A stretch of DNA of 64,000 nt from Leptospira sp. (GCA_034439575.1 JAWXAQ010000033.1:96001-160000), one strand, 5' to 3'. Positions 10,923-21,394 are shown, counted from the first letter of the stretch. Program-made: numbers and translations. Notes: generated by a model not told the origin, from the letters alone.

Positions 10923-11530
10923 GTTTTCTGTTTGTATAAAGAGGGATTCAAGTTTTGGTCATTATACATTTTCATTTGACGATATACCTTGACTCTTTTG
11001 TCGCCATTTTGATAATCTAACAAAAGTTCATCTAAACATACTTTCAAATCAGATCGCTGCTCTAATAAAATATTTAGTTTGTCCTGGCATTTTAAAATAT
11101 GTTCTTTTGTGGCGGCTGTATCCTTTCTATTTACTTGTTCTTCCATATGATAAATCTTTAATTCAAGAATACTCATTCTATCGAGTAACCAAGCTGGAGA
11201 TTCTGAATTAAGTTTAGCATTTGGTTTGGGGCTTATGTTTTTGAATAGTTCGATGACAAAATCATCTAACTTTTCGACCATATCCGTTCTTTCCTGATTC
11301 AGTTTATCTATTTTTCTTTTAAGAGATACCACATCTTCCAAGGCTATATTGGGACTACGAATATCGTCCTCGATATGCCATTGGATGGTGTCGATGTGGT
11401 TTTTCTGATACAAGGTATTTTCTAAAGTATTTTCAGGATAAGGATTTGGATGGGGAGCCTCTTTTTTATGCCAGTCAATAACGGAAGTTTGAAAGATAGA
11501 GACAGCTTTGTTTGCATCGAGTTTCATCAT
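10919..11530 (-). CDS. DUF4254 family protein
   Basis: IDTIQWHIED, KRKIDKLNQERTD, ESPAWLLDRMSIL, KVYRQMKMYND. Confidence 0.85.
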   Translation of the reverse strand: MMKLDANKAVSIFQTSVIDWHKKEAPHPNPYPENTLENTLYQKNHIDTIQWHIEDDIRSPNIALEDVVSLKRKIDKLNQERTDMVEKLDDFVIELFKNISPKPNAKLNSESPAWLLDRMSILELKIYHMEEQVNRKDTAATKEHILKCQDKLNILLEQRSDLKVCLDELLLDYQNGDKRVKVYRQMKMYNDQNLNPSLYKQKT

Positions 11531-11657
11531 TTTCTCTTTTTTCAGTATTCTTTGTTCGATGTATCTTAATTCAATCGAAATATTTTGGAACTGGAAACCT
11601 TTTCTTTTCTGCCATATGAAAATTTACTTATAATTTGACAGCTTTCACTTAAATATC

Positions 11658-12458
11658 ATGATTTCTACAATGTGTTTAGTACTCTTTGCAAAAGACCATT
11701 GGGACTCATACCCAATGATTATCGCCGCGAATCGTGACGAATTTTTTGAACGTGCGGCAAGGCCTGCGCACTTTTGGGAAGAGGCTCCCCATCTTTTGGC
11801 CGGCCGCGATCTAACTTCATTTGGCACATGGTTAGGTGTTACAAAACAAGGTCGAATCTCTTTTGTTACTAACAAGCGTGATATGAGAGAGAAAAAGTTG
11901 GCTGCACCCATTTCTCGAGGAAAACTTGTAGAAAATTTTCTAAAGTCAAATTTTACACCAAGTGAATATGTTGAACTTTTAGAAAAAGACCTTCAAAAAT
12001 ACGAAGGATTTAATCTTTTTGTTTCGGATTTAAATGCAAACATTTATATTTCAAATAAACATTCAATGCCAACTAAGATCGAAAGTGGAGTGCACACACT
12101 TAGCAATGCACTTTGGAATACATCTTGGCCAAAAACAGAAAAAATTAAATTAGACTATTTGGAACTCTATAAAAATAATCAAACCAATGCTATTTTTCCA
12201 ATAGAATCTTTTTTTGAAATACTTTCCGATACCTCCCTCGGTTCAGAAAATCAACTGCCAGATACGGGAATTGGAATCGAAAGGGAAAAGTTACTTTCTT
12301 CGATTCGCATTTCTCTTCCTGGATATGGAACGCGCGTTAGCACAGTGATTGCGATTACTAAAGAGAACGAATGTAGTTTTTGGGAGAAAACGTATCCGAC
12401 ACCAACTTCAAGTGGCGGACCGACAGTTCATTTTAAATTCAAAATAGAGAAAAGGTAG
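11658..12458 (+). CDS. NRDE/TANGO2 family protein
   Basis: MC...AANRDE, GRDL..GTWLG, SRG, YGTR motifs (true start probably the MCL Met). Confidence 0.9.
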   Translation: MISTMCLVLFAKDHWDSYPMIIAANRDEFFERAARPAHFWEEAPHLLAGRDLTSFGTWLGVTKQGRISFVTNKRDMREKKLAAPISRGKLVENFLKSNFTPSEYVELLEKDLQKYEGFNLFVSDLNANIYISNKHSMPTKIESGVHTLSNALWNTSWPKTEKIKLDYLELYKNNQTNAIFPIESFFEILSDTSLGSENQLPDTGIGIEREKLLSSIRISLPGYGTRVSTVIAITKENECSFWEKTYPTPTSSGGPTVHFKFKIEKR

Positions 12459-12462
12459 CTTA

Positions 12463-13116
12463 ATGGAAGCTAGTTGGAATAGAGCAATAGATTACGCGAC
12501 TATAAAACATTTTGGGCAAAAAAGAATCGGGGGTGAGCCATATATCACTCATCCGATTGCGGTCGCAGATTATTTAAGATCTAAGGGCTTTGGTTTGGAT
12601 TTTCAATTAGCAGGTTTGTTCCATGATTTAATGGAAGATACAAATGCCACATTACGTGAAATAACTGATCTTTCTAATTTTGAAGTGGCAGAAGTTGTGC
12701 AATTGTTGACTAAAAATAAAGGTATCAATTTAGAAACGTATCTAGATAAGATTTCAAAAAATAAAATGGCTTTGATTGTGAAAATTGCAGATCGCATACA
12801 TAATTTAAGACAAGCCAAGATAGCGGATTTAACATTTCGACAAAAATATATAGCAGAGAGTATGAACTATTATTTTATTCCTGCGATTTTGAGTCCTTTT
12901 TATAAGGATTTTAGAGAGGCATTGGATCAATTACACAACACCATCACTGAGGAATTTTTTTGCAAAGGATGCAAGTTGTGGCATCACTTTGATGATGGAG
13001 TGGTTTTATTTACGAAAGATAATCTTCCCATGTGTAAAGCATCATTCGCTGAATATCAAAAATCTTTTCATGAATATGAGAAGTTCCTTACAAACGACGA
13101 AGAAAATATCGATTGA
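12463..13116 (+). CDS. HD-domain hydrolase, RelA/SpoT-hydrolase (small alarmone hydrolase/Mesh1)-like, with Cys-containing C-terminal tail
   Basis: H.GQKR..GEPYITHP, LFHDLMEDT, VKIADRIHNL. Confidence 0.85.
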   Translation: MEASWNRAIDYATIKHFGQKRIGGEPYITHPIAVADYLRSKGFGLDFQLAGLFHDLMEDTNATLREITDLSNFEVAEVVQLLTKNKGINLETYLDKISKNKMALIVKIADRIHNLRQAKIADLTFRQKYIAESMNYYFIPAILSPFYKDFREALDQLHNTITEEFFCKGCKLWHHFDDGVVLFTKDNLPMCKASFAEYQKSFHEYEKFLTNDEENID

Positions 13117-13732
13117 TCGTATAACCTAGAATAAACACGGGAATCACAATCAAAAAATGCCATATAATAAAATGTCCAGCCGAATGATCAGGACAAAGAA
13201 AATAGATTCCCCATTCGCCGAGGACAAAGGGCACTAAGGTCACAAAGCTTATAGAATAAAAATCAGAATGAAAATATCCTTTTTTAATTTCATAATATAA
13301 AAATAGGGCAGAAAAAAGAGACATGATAGTAATTCTTGTCAAACATACGAAGTCCAAATAGGATGTATGTTTATCAATAATTTCACTCAATTCCCCTTCG
13401 TTTCCTGAAAATAATTGGAATGTTATATTGCCTATCCATAATAAAATTAGTATATTAGGAAGAAGCATATCTGAAGAATTATTTTTTCTTGGTATGTTCC
13501 GTTTGAAGATAACCCAGCTTGATGATAAAAACAATAGACCTGGAACTAACATAAAAAAATAATTGATAGGGAAGATACTTGAATCCTTTAAAAGAATTTG
13601 TATTCCTACAAAAATTACCAAAAAAGTTAGATTAATGAATACCCATGTGACCAATCGAAGTAATGGTCGCTCCAAAATTTTTATTTTTTTTAAATCATCG
13701 GAAAGAAAGTTTATAAGTTCATCTTTAGTCAT
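13088..13732 (-). CDS. NrsF/DUF1109-type membrane anti-sigma factor
   Basis: Begins MTKDELINFLSDDL; multiple TM helices; CP...H...WH motif; directly downstream of ECF sigma. Confidence 0.7.
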   Translation of the reverse strand: MTKDELINFLSDDLKKIKILERPLLRLVTWVFINLTFLVIFVGIQILLKDSSIFPINYFFMLVPGLLFLSSSWVIFKRNIPRKNNSSDMLLPNILILLWIGNITFQLFSGNEGELSEIIDKHTSYLDFVCLTRITIMSLFSALFLYYEIKKGYFHSDFYSISFVTLVPFVLGEWGIYFLCPDHSAGHFIIWHFLIVIPVFILGYTINRYFLRRL

Positions 13733-14270
13733 TATTCTTAACCATATCTTTTAATTTTTTATAGGCTCTATGGGCTGTAACTTTTACTGAAGATTCTGAC
13801 ATACCCAATAATTTCGAAATTTTACTAATTGGTATTCTTTCAAATTTAAGAAGTTTAACAACTATTCGTTGTTTGTTCGGAAGTTTTTCGATTAACGATA
13901 TCATTATATTTAGTTTCTCTTCATTCTCTGGAATCATAATCGTATAAGCTTCTATATCATTTTGTATAGGTGATTCGAAATCTGATTTTTTGCTATATTT
14001 GCGAATAAAATCTATGATTTTATGATTAGCTATTGCATATAACCAAGGTTCGACAGTACTTTTTGCATTGAAAGTATGGAGAGAGAGATGAACGGCGATT
14101 AAAATTTCTTGTAATACGTCTTCAATTTCAGATTGAACGTAGATTCTTTTGGATACGTATGAGTTTAGTTTATCATAAACTTTCTTTAGGAAGATTTGAT
14201 AGTCGTTTTTGTTTCCTTCCTGTGCGTTTTGAAGGAGTTTACTTAGATCTTCTTCTGGCGAATTTTCCAT
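13725..14270 (-). CDS. ECF RNA polymerase sigma factor
   Basis: EDVLQE, WLYAIANHKIID, LPNKQR, SESSVKVTAHRA. Confidence 0.92.
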   Translation of the reverse strand: MENSPEEDLSKLLQNAQEGNKNDYQIFLKKVYDKLNSYVSKRIYVQSEIEDVLQEILIAVHLSLHTFNAKSTVEPWLYAIANHKIIDFIRKYSKKSDFESPIQNDIEAYTIMIPENEEKLNIMISLIEKLPNKQRIVVKLLKFERIPISKISKLLGMSESSVKVTAHRAYKKLKDMVKNND

Positions 14271-14322
14271 CTAAGTTTATGAGGATAAATTAAAGTTTTA
14301 TAAAATTATAAATAGCAATGAA

Positions 14323-14366
14323 TTTGTTGTCCTTCCCTTAACCGAAATTAAGGAAAGGATAACAAA
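14323..14366 (-). terminator. Long hairpin terminator downstream of 14375..15364
   Basis: TTTGTTGTCCTTCCCTTAA / TTAAGGAAAGGATAACAAA inverted repeat. Confidence 0.7.
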
Positions 14367-14374
14367 GATTTGAA

Positions 14375-15364
14375 TTATGCGAAAAATCTTTTTTCCACTT
14401 CTTCAGGAAGTTTTTGTCCTGTGAGTTTAGCTCTTTGAACAAGTTCCCAGAAATATCTGTAAGTCGCTCTATCATGTAAGTCCCCATCGTGTTGGATTGG
14501 ACCCCAGTCTGCGTCTTGCGCTTTAATCAGAATGTCACATGCCGTTTGCGTTTCAGCAAAGTTAGGTGCCATCGCATCTAAGATTGAGTTGATTTGTGCA
14601 GGATAAATTGACCACATACGTAAAAAACCAAATTCGTCATGCGCACGTTTTGCATCTGCGTATGTTTGGTAGATATTTTTAAGATCAAGTGTTACGTTAT
14701 GTGCTGGTATCACACCATTCATAAGAGCCGCTGCCACAAGAGATGCTTTTCCTCGGCGAAGGAGTTCGTGATCGAATTGGCCCGGAGATTTCATACATGA
14801 AGCAGGGATAGCGCCATGATGCCCTGAAATAAAATCCATTAATCCAAAATCTAACACTTGTAACCATGGCATAGCTGCAATTTCGAATACTTCAGCAAGA
14901 GCTCCGTGAGTTTCAATGAGTACGTGGATTGGAATTTCTCTTTTGATTCCCGCTTTTTTGCAAGCTTCTTGGATATAAGTGATTTGTTCTTTTACTTGTG
15001 ATGCTTTTGTCGGTTTCGGGATGGTAATGTAGGCAATTACATTTCCAGCACCTGGAACTATAATGTCAACGTCGCCTCTCCAATGTTCGTTGGTATAATC
15101 ATGGATACGAACACCGCTCATTTTGTGTTTGTTGAGTTCAGAATTTTGGATGCGAACAATCATTTCTGCGTGTTCTTTTTCTTTCCCAGTTTGAGCGCCA
15201 TCTTCGCAATCCATAGTGATGTCAAAAAGACCACCCATTTTGTTTTGGAGTTCTAGGGCTTTGGTGATGAGTTTTTCGGATCCTGCGAAGTGTTCACAAG
15301 CAGGAATGATGGGGAAAGGTTTTTCTCCTGCGAAAAGTGCGGATTGCGGGTGAGTGAGTGCCAT
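14375..15364 (-). CDS. HpcH/HpaI aldolase / citrate lyase beta (CitE)-like protein
   Basis: MDCEDGA, IPK, LIETHG, DFGLMDF, WSIYPAQI. Confidence 0.85.
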   Translation of the reverse strand: MALTHPQSALFAGEKPFPIIPACEHFAGSEKLITKALELQNKMGGLFDITMDCEDGAQTGKEKEHAEMIVRIQNSELNKHKMSGVRIHDYTNEHWRGDVDIIVPGAGNVIAYITIPKPTKASQVKEQITYIQEACKKAGIKREIPIHVLIETHGALAEVFEIAAMPWLQVLDFGLMDFISGHHGAIPASCMKSPGQFDHELLRRGKASLVAAALMNGVIPAHNVTLDLKNIYQTYADAKRAHDEFGFLRMWSIYPAQINSILDAMAPNFAETQTACDILIKAQDADWGPIQHDGDLHDRATYRYFWELVQRAKLTGQKLPEEVEKRFFA

Positions 15365-15526
15365 TCAAATTACCTTTATTACGGATTTTTTACCAAGTTT
15401 TGAGAAAAAAGTGACAAAGCAAGGAAGAATTGGGCGCATTTCTCATGGTCTCCTAGATCGAAAATTTGCAAGTTAGTCAATTATTTAGTGAAATTTGAAT
15501 CCGAGTGTTCATAATAAAGATCTTTT

Positions 15527-17035
15527 ATGATTCGAAATTTTCTCATCCTATGCCTTCTATTTTGTGTTTTTGAAATTTCTTTCGCCAAAGATACTTTTTC
15601 ATTTTGGAACTCAAACTCCTACGAAAAGGAAAGATTACCAGATGGTAAGATTCGAATGTATACGGAAGTAGCTGTTCTCGGCGAAACTAAAATTGTGGAG
15701 GTGATTTTCACTCCCAATGTAGAAAGTTTTGCTCCTCAGATTTTAGAGAATGCAATCCGAATCATACCGGCTGTCGCAAATTATTTACAAATTGCACCTA
15801 AACATGAGAGGTATACGATCACCCATTTAATTGATAAAAGCACTGCACGTAATGAAGGTAATACGGTGCTTGTTCCTTTCAATTACCCAGATCCAAATAA
15901 GCCTCTTCCTGTTCCACTCCTCTTTCATGAAATTGACCATTGGTGGTTTGGGCACAATCCGAGGTTTATTTCTGAAGGTGTAAGTAGTTTTTTACCAATG
16001 GCACTTGCGCAATCAGGTCATCTAACATTGACAGAAGATGAAATGATTCAAATTCAAAATTGGTGGGGATTTTTTACCCCAACCATTCTAAAAGATCGAC
16101 CGCTCGGTGACGATGATGTCAAAAATCTGAATGGAGATGAAAGTTTTTCTCTATTCTATCAAAAATCATATAAAATCCAATATATACTTTATAAAGAACT
16201 CGGAGCAGAAGGATACCTATCCTTTCTGAAATCTCTGAAAGACTTTGATTCAAGTGAGGAACACTTTGTTCAAACCGTAGAGTTGGGTCACCAAACAGAA
16301 GGGATACTTACTTTACTGAATGAAGTAAAAGCTGCCAATTGGAAACAAATTCTTTCTGGTTGGATACTCTCTAAAAATTATTCAGGTATTTCCATCAACG
16401 ATTGGTTAGATACAGACAACGATGGGCTATTAAATATTGAAGAGAAATATATTCACACCAATCATAAAATAGCCGATAGCGACAAAGATGGGTTAAATGA
16501 TGGTGCCGAGGTTCAATTAGGCACGAATCCACTGGTTATTGAATCGAAGGAAACATTTGAACGTTTATTGGAATCGAAAGGTCCAGTTCTTGATGGAAAT
16601 GTTAGTGATTGGAATTTCATAAGGAATAAAAAGACAGTCCGAGCGAATTCAAATTTAAAGATACCAGGGCATTTTGATCTGATAGAGTTTCAATACTTTC
16701 TGATGGGTGATGAATTGTATGGCGCTTTAAAAACTAGAGATTTACCAAAATTGGATGCAACAAACAAGGGTTATTACTATTTTTTTGTAGATAGTTCTGA
16801 ATCACCTAAATCGGAGGGATTTGGATTTTGGTATGGAAAAGAATTTCGAATCGGATGGGAGATTCGAAAAGAGTCTCCACCTGAAATGGTGACTGGAAAA
16901 GTTGGTGATGTATTTGAATTTAAAATTCGCATTCCAAAGAATGACCCAATACCTAAAAAATACATACCAATCATAAGAAAGACAGAAAATATAGGTATCT
17001 GGAACAATTACACTCCGATCGAAATTGAAAGATAA
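15527..17035 (+). CDS. Secreted gluzincin-type metallopeptidase with Ca-binding DxDxDG repeats
   Basis: Signal peptide; HEIDH...ISEG zinc motif; DTDNDG and DSDKDG..DGAE..GTNP repeats. Confidence 0.65.
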   Translation: MIRNFLILCLLFCVFEISFAKDTFSFWNSNSYEKERLPDGKIRMYTEVAVLGETKIVEVIFTPNVESFAPQILENAIRIIPAVANYLQIAPKHERYTITHLIDKSTARNEGNTVLVPFNYPDPNKPLPVPLLFHEIDHWWFGHNPRFISEGVSSFLPMALAQSGHLTLTEDEMIQIQNWWGFFTPTILKDRPLGDDDVKNLNGDESFSLFYQKSYKIQYILYKELGAEGYLSFLKSLKDFDSSEEHFVQTVELGHQTEGILTLLNEVKAANWKQILSGWILSKNYSGISINDWLDTDNDGLLNIEEKYIHTNHKIADSDKDGLNDGAEVQLGTNPLVIESKETFERLLESKGPVLDGNVSDWNFIRNKKTVRANSNLKIPGHFDLIEFQYFLMGDELYGALKTRDLPKLDATNKGYYYFFVDSSESPKSEGFGFWYGKEFRIGWEIRKESPPEMVTGKVGDVFEFKIRIPKNDPIPKKYIPIIRKTENIGIWNNYTPIEIER

Positions 17036-18079
17036 ATGATTATGAAAAAAAATAATAAAGTGACTACAAATAAAGTTAAAAATGAAAAAGAGCCTATCGA
17101 TTGGAAAGGTAAATGGGAAACAACCAAACGTGTATTAAATCAAACAAAAACCACTGGTGTATCTGTTTTAAATGGGGCAGTTGGTGACCATTTAGAAAAA
17201 TTTGATTTTCTTGCCCAGGATATGAATTTTTACCATTTAGGGTCACCCATCAATATTACTAAAGACAATTTGAAAATGATGAGAGTCGGTAATAAACTTT
17301 GTATTTTAGTTCATGGTCTTGTGAGCGACGAAACAATGTGGAAATTTCCAAGTTCGGATGATGATTATGGAAAACTTTTAGAGAATCAATTTGGATATTC
17401 ACCTTTATATGTTCGTTACAATAGCGGCAGGCATATCTCTGACAATGGCAAAGATTTAGACAAGCTAATACAATCCTTGATCTCAAATTCGACGAAGCCT
17501 ATAAAAGAAATCATTTTTATCTGCCATAGTATGGGGGGACTCGTTACACGTAGCGCCTGTTACTATGGTAGTAAATCAAAATCAAAGTGGGTTCCCTTGG
17601 TAAAACATATTTTTTTTATTGGATCTCCACATCACGGCGCCCCCTTGGAAAAATTTGGAAATGCTGTGACAACCATTCTTGATAAAATTCCAAATCCATT
17701 CACATACCTTACAAAAAAAGCGATTAACCTCCGTAGTGCGGGGATCAAAGATTTAAGATATGGATTTTTAGTAGAAGAAGATTGGAAAGGCAAAGACCCA
17801 GATAGTTTTGTCAATTCCGAAAAAAAGCACGTACCATTACTCAAACATACCAAGTATTATGTAATCACTGGCACATTGATGGAGAACCCAAATCATTTTC
17901 TTTCGGAATTTTTTGGCGATGCCATTGTAGGAAAATGGAGTGCGAAGGGTAAATCAGGAAATTCTAAATACGATCTCAGTTTTCCCGAAAAAAATATCAA
18001 AGAGTTACCTGGTATTATGCATATTAAATTAATGCATGACATTCGAGTCTTTGAACAAATTTCCAAATGGCTAAGTTAG
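17036..18079 (+). CDS. Alpha/beta hydrolase (PGAP1/lipase-like)
   Basis: LVHGL, CHSMGGL nucleophile elbow, GSPHHGAP, GDAIV, final His. Confidence 0.85.
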   Translation: MIMKKNNKVTTNKVKNEKEPIDWKGKWETTKRVLNQTKTTGVSVLNGAVGDHLEKFDFLAQDMNFYHLGSPINITKDNLKMMRVGNKLCILVHGLVSDETMWKFPSSDDDYGKLLENQFGYSPLYVRYNSGRHISDNGKDLDKLIQSLISNSTKPIKEIIFICHSMGGLVTRSACYYGSKSKSKWVPLVKHIFFIGSPHHGAPLEKFGNAVTTILDKIPNPFTYLTKKAINLRSAGIKDLRYGFLVEEDWKGKDPDSFVNSEKKHVPLLKHTKYYVITGTLMENPNHFLSEFFGDAIVGKWSAKGKSGNSKYDLSFPEKNIKELPGIMHIKLMHDIRVFEQISKWLS

Positions 18080-18249
18080 GTGTTTGCCTGAAAATTAAAC
18101 TATATGGGACGGCACTGTTTGCTTTAAAACGGCATTCAGAAAAAAACTAACTTAAATCAGTTTATGGATTTTTTTTTATTGTTAATGTACGGACAAGTCT
18201 TAGTTTCGCACCTAGTTGTAAAAACTATGTTAAAAATTAGGAATCGAAA

Positions 18250-19245
18250 ATGGAAAAATTGCAAAAGAATTTGGGGAATTTTTACGCATTAGCGTTCTCT
18301 TTATTAATGTTCACTTTGTGCGCTACTCTCTTAGATGAGAATGGAAAATTTTCTCCGTTTGGTGGGGAAGTGACAAATGCCAATGTTTCATTGGATATTC
18401 CAGCCGGCGCTGTTTCAGAAAATACAAATTTTTCTGTCAGTTTACAATATTTTTCGGAATCGGATGTTCCAGGAATAACTCAAGTCGCTTCCAAAGTTGT
18501 TTTAAAACCCGAAGGTTTAACATTTGCTAAGCCAGAAACTCTCACAATTAAATATGATTCCAAATTGGTAAATTCACAATTACAGTATGAATTAAATCAA
18601 ATTTATTTTCATAAGCCAGCTTCAAATGAATGGGAACAACAAATAACGACAGTCGATAATGTCCTTGGGAAACTTATTACCGAGTTATCTCACTTTTCTA
18701 CTTACTGCGCCTTGCATGTAATTATAGAAAAGATTGTGAGCAGAATCTTAACTGATTCCCCTCTCGGTGATCCACTATTATCAACATTTAGTACTGATGA
18801 CTTTGACCAAGATGGGGCAAGAAATAGTTCGGATACAAAACTATCTCGGCAGACCGCAATACAGTCACGTACACAAATGAATTTACTTTAGATTCAGATA
18901 CAAATTATGGTTTTTATATCAATGGCATATCTGATGAAATTGGAAATCTGCAGCCTTGTTATCGTATGTTGGTTGTTACCGTTAACCATTCCGATTGATG
19001 ATTACCAACCTAGTCCATGCTTTGGCTATCCAGCAGACTACTCAAACGCAAGACAACCAACTTCGTTCACTTCTTATAGTTGTAATGAAAACAATACATC
19101 GACAAACTTAACCATTGATACGCTATCAACTTCTCCTTCCTTCATTGATTTAAATGGGAAAGAGTTCCGTTTCTCTGGTCAGACGAGTCATGGACTGTAT
19201 TCTAGTTATCCAATATCACCTAGGTCTAACGAGTGTTCAAATTAA
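18250..19245 (+). pseudogene. Degraded surface (lipo)protein gene: ZU5-like domain plus frameshifted Ig-like fragment
   Basis: LDIPAGA...PEGLTFAKP...LSHFSTY in the first frame; Ig-like ISADRNTVTY...TNYGFYINGISDEIGN from about 18843 in another frame; stop at 18889-18891. Confidence 0.65.
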
Positions 19246-19246
19246 T

Positions 19247-20647
19247 ATGAAAAATCTATTATCAATTTTATTAATACTAATATTCAGTTTATCATGTAAA
19301 AAAGATGATAACGAAAAAAATGAAGCCCTTCTATGGGCATTGTTTGCTTCTCTATCTCAAAATATTTCTTTTAAGCTAGACGAAACAAATGCTTCTCCTA
19401 CATCGCAAAGAGGGATAACTGCACAACAAAGAGCTATCCTCCCTTCCAAATTTCAGGATGCCTTGCCTACGGAAATCATACCCATTAAGGATTTCAGCAT
19501 AGACATTGTGAAACTCTTTTTGTGGAAATCTCCCTCTAATGGTGGAGTGCCTTCGGGAAGTGAAACGAAGGACAATGCCGACAAAGTGATATTAGATATT
19601 GGTAAGGAAGTGTTAGGTGAACGTATGGCTGGCAAAAGTTCACTCTCTTTTTTTCAAGGTCCATTAATTGGAAACGAAGCGATGATTGCCGTGACAAACA
19701 GCGATAATGTAACGAAAATATTATCAGTGGATCAGAGTTGGAAAGACACAACTTTTGATCGTATGGGAATTGAATTTAGTTCCATCACATACTTGTTAAA
19801 AAATGAAAAACTTAGCTCACCGAAAGACGCACTGGTCACATTGAATACAATCCTCATCGATTCGAATTCCTACTCGGATGGTTCTTCAACCGCGGAACAA
19901 ATTCAAATGATCAATAATGAGGGTACTGCGCTTATCAAACTGACTCCTGTAGATTCAATTCTAAGTTATACTGCATCAGGAATTTCGATAGAAGATAAAC
20001 CTTGCCAATTTGTATCTTATGCTAATGCCTATATGAAGAATGAGATGACCTCCGATAGACAAAAATTGAGCTGTGGTACTTTCCAGGGAAGACTTCCAAT
20101 CCAAAAACAATCAGGTTCGGTGACTCATCCAGGATCTAACGATACTGTCGTATTCCCAAGTTTGACTAATGCTCCTACTTTTAATGAAACAGAGTTGAGT
20201 CAATTTCGTAGTTCAAGAACGAGACCTCTTCCTTTTATGAAAGACACCCTGAAAGAAAGCCTTGCAAAATGGGAAATTAGAGAAGACAGCCCAGAATATA
20301 AATCGAATATTTGGGCGCAAAATCGGATCATAGTGTTAAATCTTCCAGCTAATAGAAGCAAAGCGGAAATCAAAATAGATTCTTCTATTGGAATGGTTTT
20401 TCAAACGCAAACTTCAGGCGGAAAATTTGAACCAAACGAGGTTCCTAAATTGGTGACATCATTTTCTTCTGGAACAAATAGAGATTGGAGCAATGCGACT
20501 CTCTCTCTAGATTCCATATGGCGCGCAACCTACGGCGAAGATTATTCTACTTGGTCATATGCACCCAAAAATGGTAACCAGCCCGATCCAGCTAACGGGC
20601 GTGACTTTGGATATTTTTTGCCGAAGTTCAGTGTGAGTTCAGAGTAA
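19247..20647 (+). CDS. Hypothetical lipoprotein
   Basis: MKNLLSILLILIFSLSC spirochaetal lipobox at ATG 19247. Confidence 0.8.
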   Translation: MKNLLSILLILIFSLSCKKDDNEKNEALLWALFASLSQNISFKLDETNASPTSQRGITAQQRAILPSKFQDALPTEIIPIKDFSIDIVKLFLWKSPSNGGVPSGSETKDNADKVILDIGKEVLGERMAGKSSLSFFQGPLIGNEAMIAVTNSDNVTKILSVDQSWKDTTFDRMGIEFSSITYLLKNEKLSSPKDALVTLNTILIDSNSYSDGSSTAEQIQMINNEGTALIKLTPVDSILSYTASGISIEDKPCQFVSYANAYMKNEMTSDRQKLSCGTFQGRLPIQKQSGSVTHPGSNDTVVFPSLTNAPTFNETELSQFRSSRTRPLPFMKDTLKESLAKWEIREDSPEYKSNIWAQNRIIVLNLPANRSKAEIKIDSSIGMVFQTQTSGGKFEPNEVPKLVTSFSSGTNRDWSNATLSLDSIWRATYGEDYSTWSYAPKNGNQPDPANGRDFGYFLPKFSVSSE

Positions 20648-20686
20648 TCGCTTGCCCCCCATGGAAGATTTTATAAAAAAGTCAGT

Positions 20687-21394
20687 ATGATTCGAATCAT
20701 TCTATTTTCAATAGTATCGTTTATGGTTTCATGTAACAGTTTAGGTATTAAACTCAATGAAACCAATCTCCTTCCTGAAATAAATGAACAAACCTGTAAT
20801 CGTGAAAAGCAGATTCGTTTTTATAGAATCCTTTTTTTATTACCGTTTTATAAATCTGATTTGGATGAATTAAATCAGAAGGAACAAAAAGTATTATATA
20901 AAATCAATGAATATGCTAAACCATATGATATCGGTTTTACGATTTTAGGATTTTTATTTTCCCTAAATTCATCGACATATATATACGAATATTGTAATGA
21001 GGCTGATGCAAAAAAACTTAATTTTAATTCTAAAAATGATACCTTAGCATTACCATATTTTACTCCGTCACAAGGTTTCATTCCTGCGGAACAGATTCTT
21101 TTCCCCAAAGACGATTTTACCTTAGCCGAAAACGAAAAATTGAAATTAATCAAATTTGCCCAAAGTATTCTAAAAGCGGAGACTAAGTTACAAATTTTGT
21201 TAGTCGGAAAATCAAATACATCGGGTGATATTGCGTATCAGACACGTCTTGTAAAACGAAGAGCCGATGAGATCAAATCAGTTTTTGTGGCTGAGTCAAT
21301 ATCCGAAGAGAGACTGCATTTAGTTTTCTCTGATAAAGATTTTGGTAGCACAGACTCGTTATCTACAATTTCGATCTTTATTATTAAAGAGTAA
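20687..21394 (+). CDS. Lipoprotein with degenerate C-terminal OmpA-like domain
   Basis: MVSC lipobox; ILF...DF.L, LVGKS..SG....L..RRA. Confidence 0.65.
   Translation: MIRIILFSIVSFMVSCNSLGIKLNETNLLPEINEQTCNREKQIRFYRILFLLPFYKSDLDELNQKEQKVLYKINEYAKPYDIGFTILGFLFSLNSSTYIYEYCNEADAKKLNFNSKNDTLALPYFTPSQGFIPAEQILFPKDDFTLAENEKLKLIKFAQSILKAETKLQILLVGKSNTSGDIAYQTRLVKRRADEIKSVFVAESISEERLHLVFSDKDFGSTDSLSTISIFIIKE

Noticed and set aside
12463-14270. HD hydrolase as the antitoxin of a toxSAS defence module
   Set aside because: No alarmone synthetase or toxin gene is adjacent.
18105-18125. GGCACTGTTTGC as a sigma54 promoter
   Set aside because: GG-to-GC spacing is 8, not 10.
19154-19246. ORF-track N-terminal extension of the 19154 lipoprotein (similarly for amtB, ccp, ankyrin and globin)
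   Set aside because: Signal peptides, SD positions or promoters indicate downstream starts.
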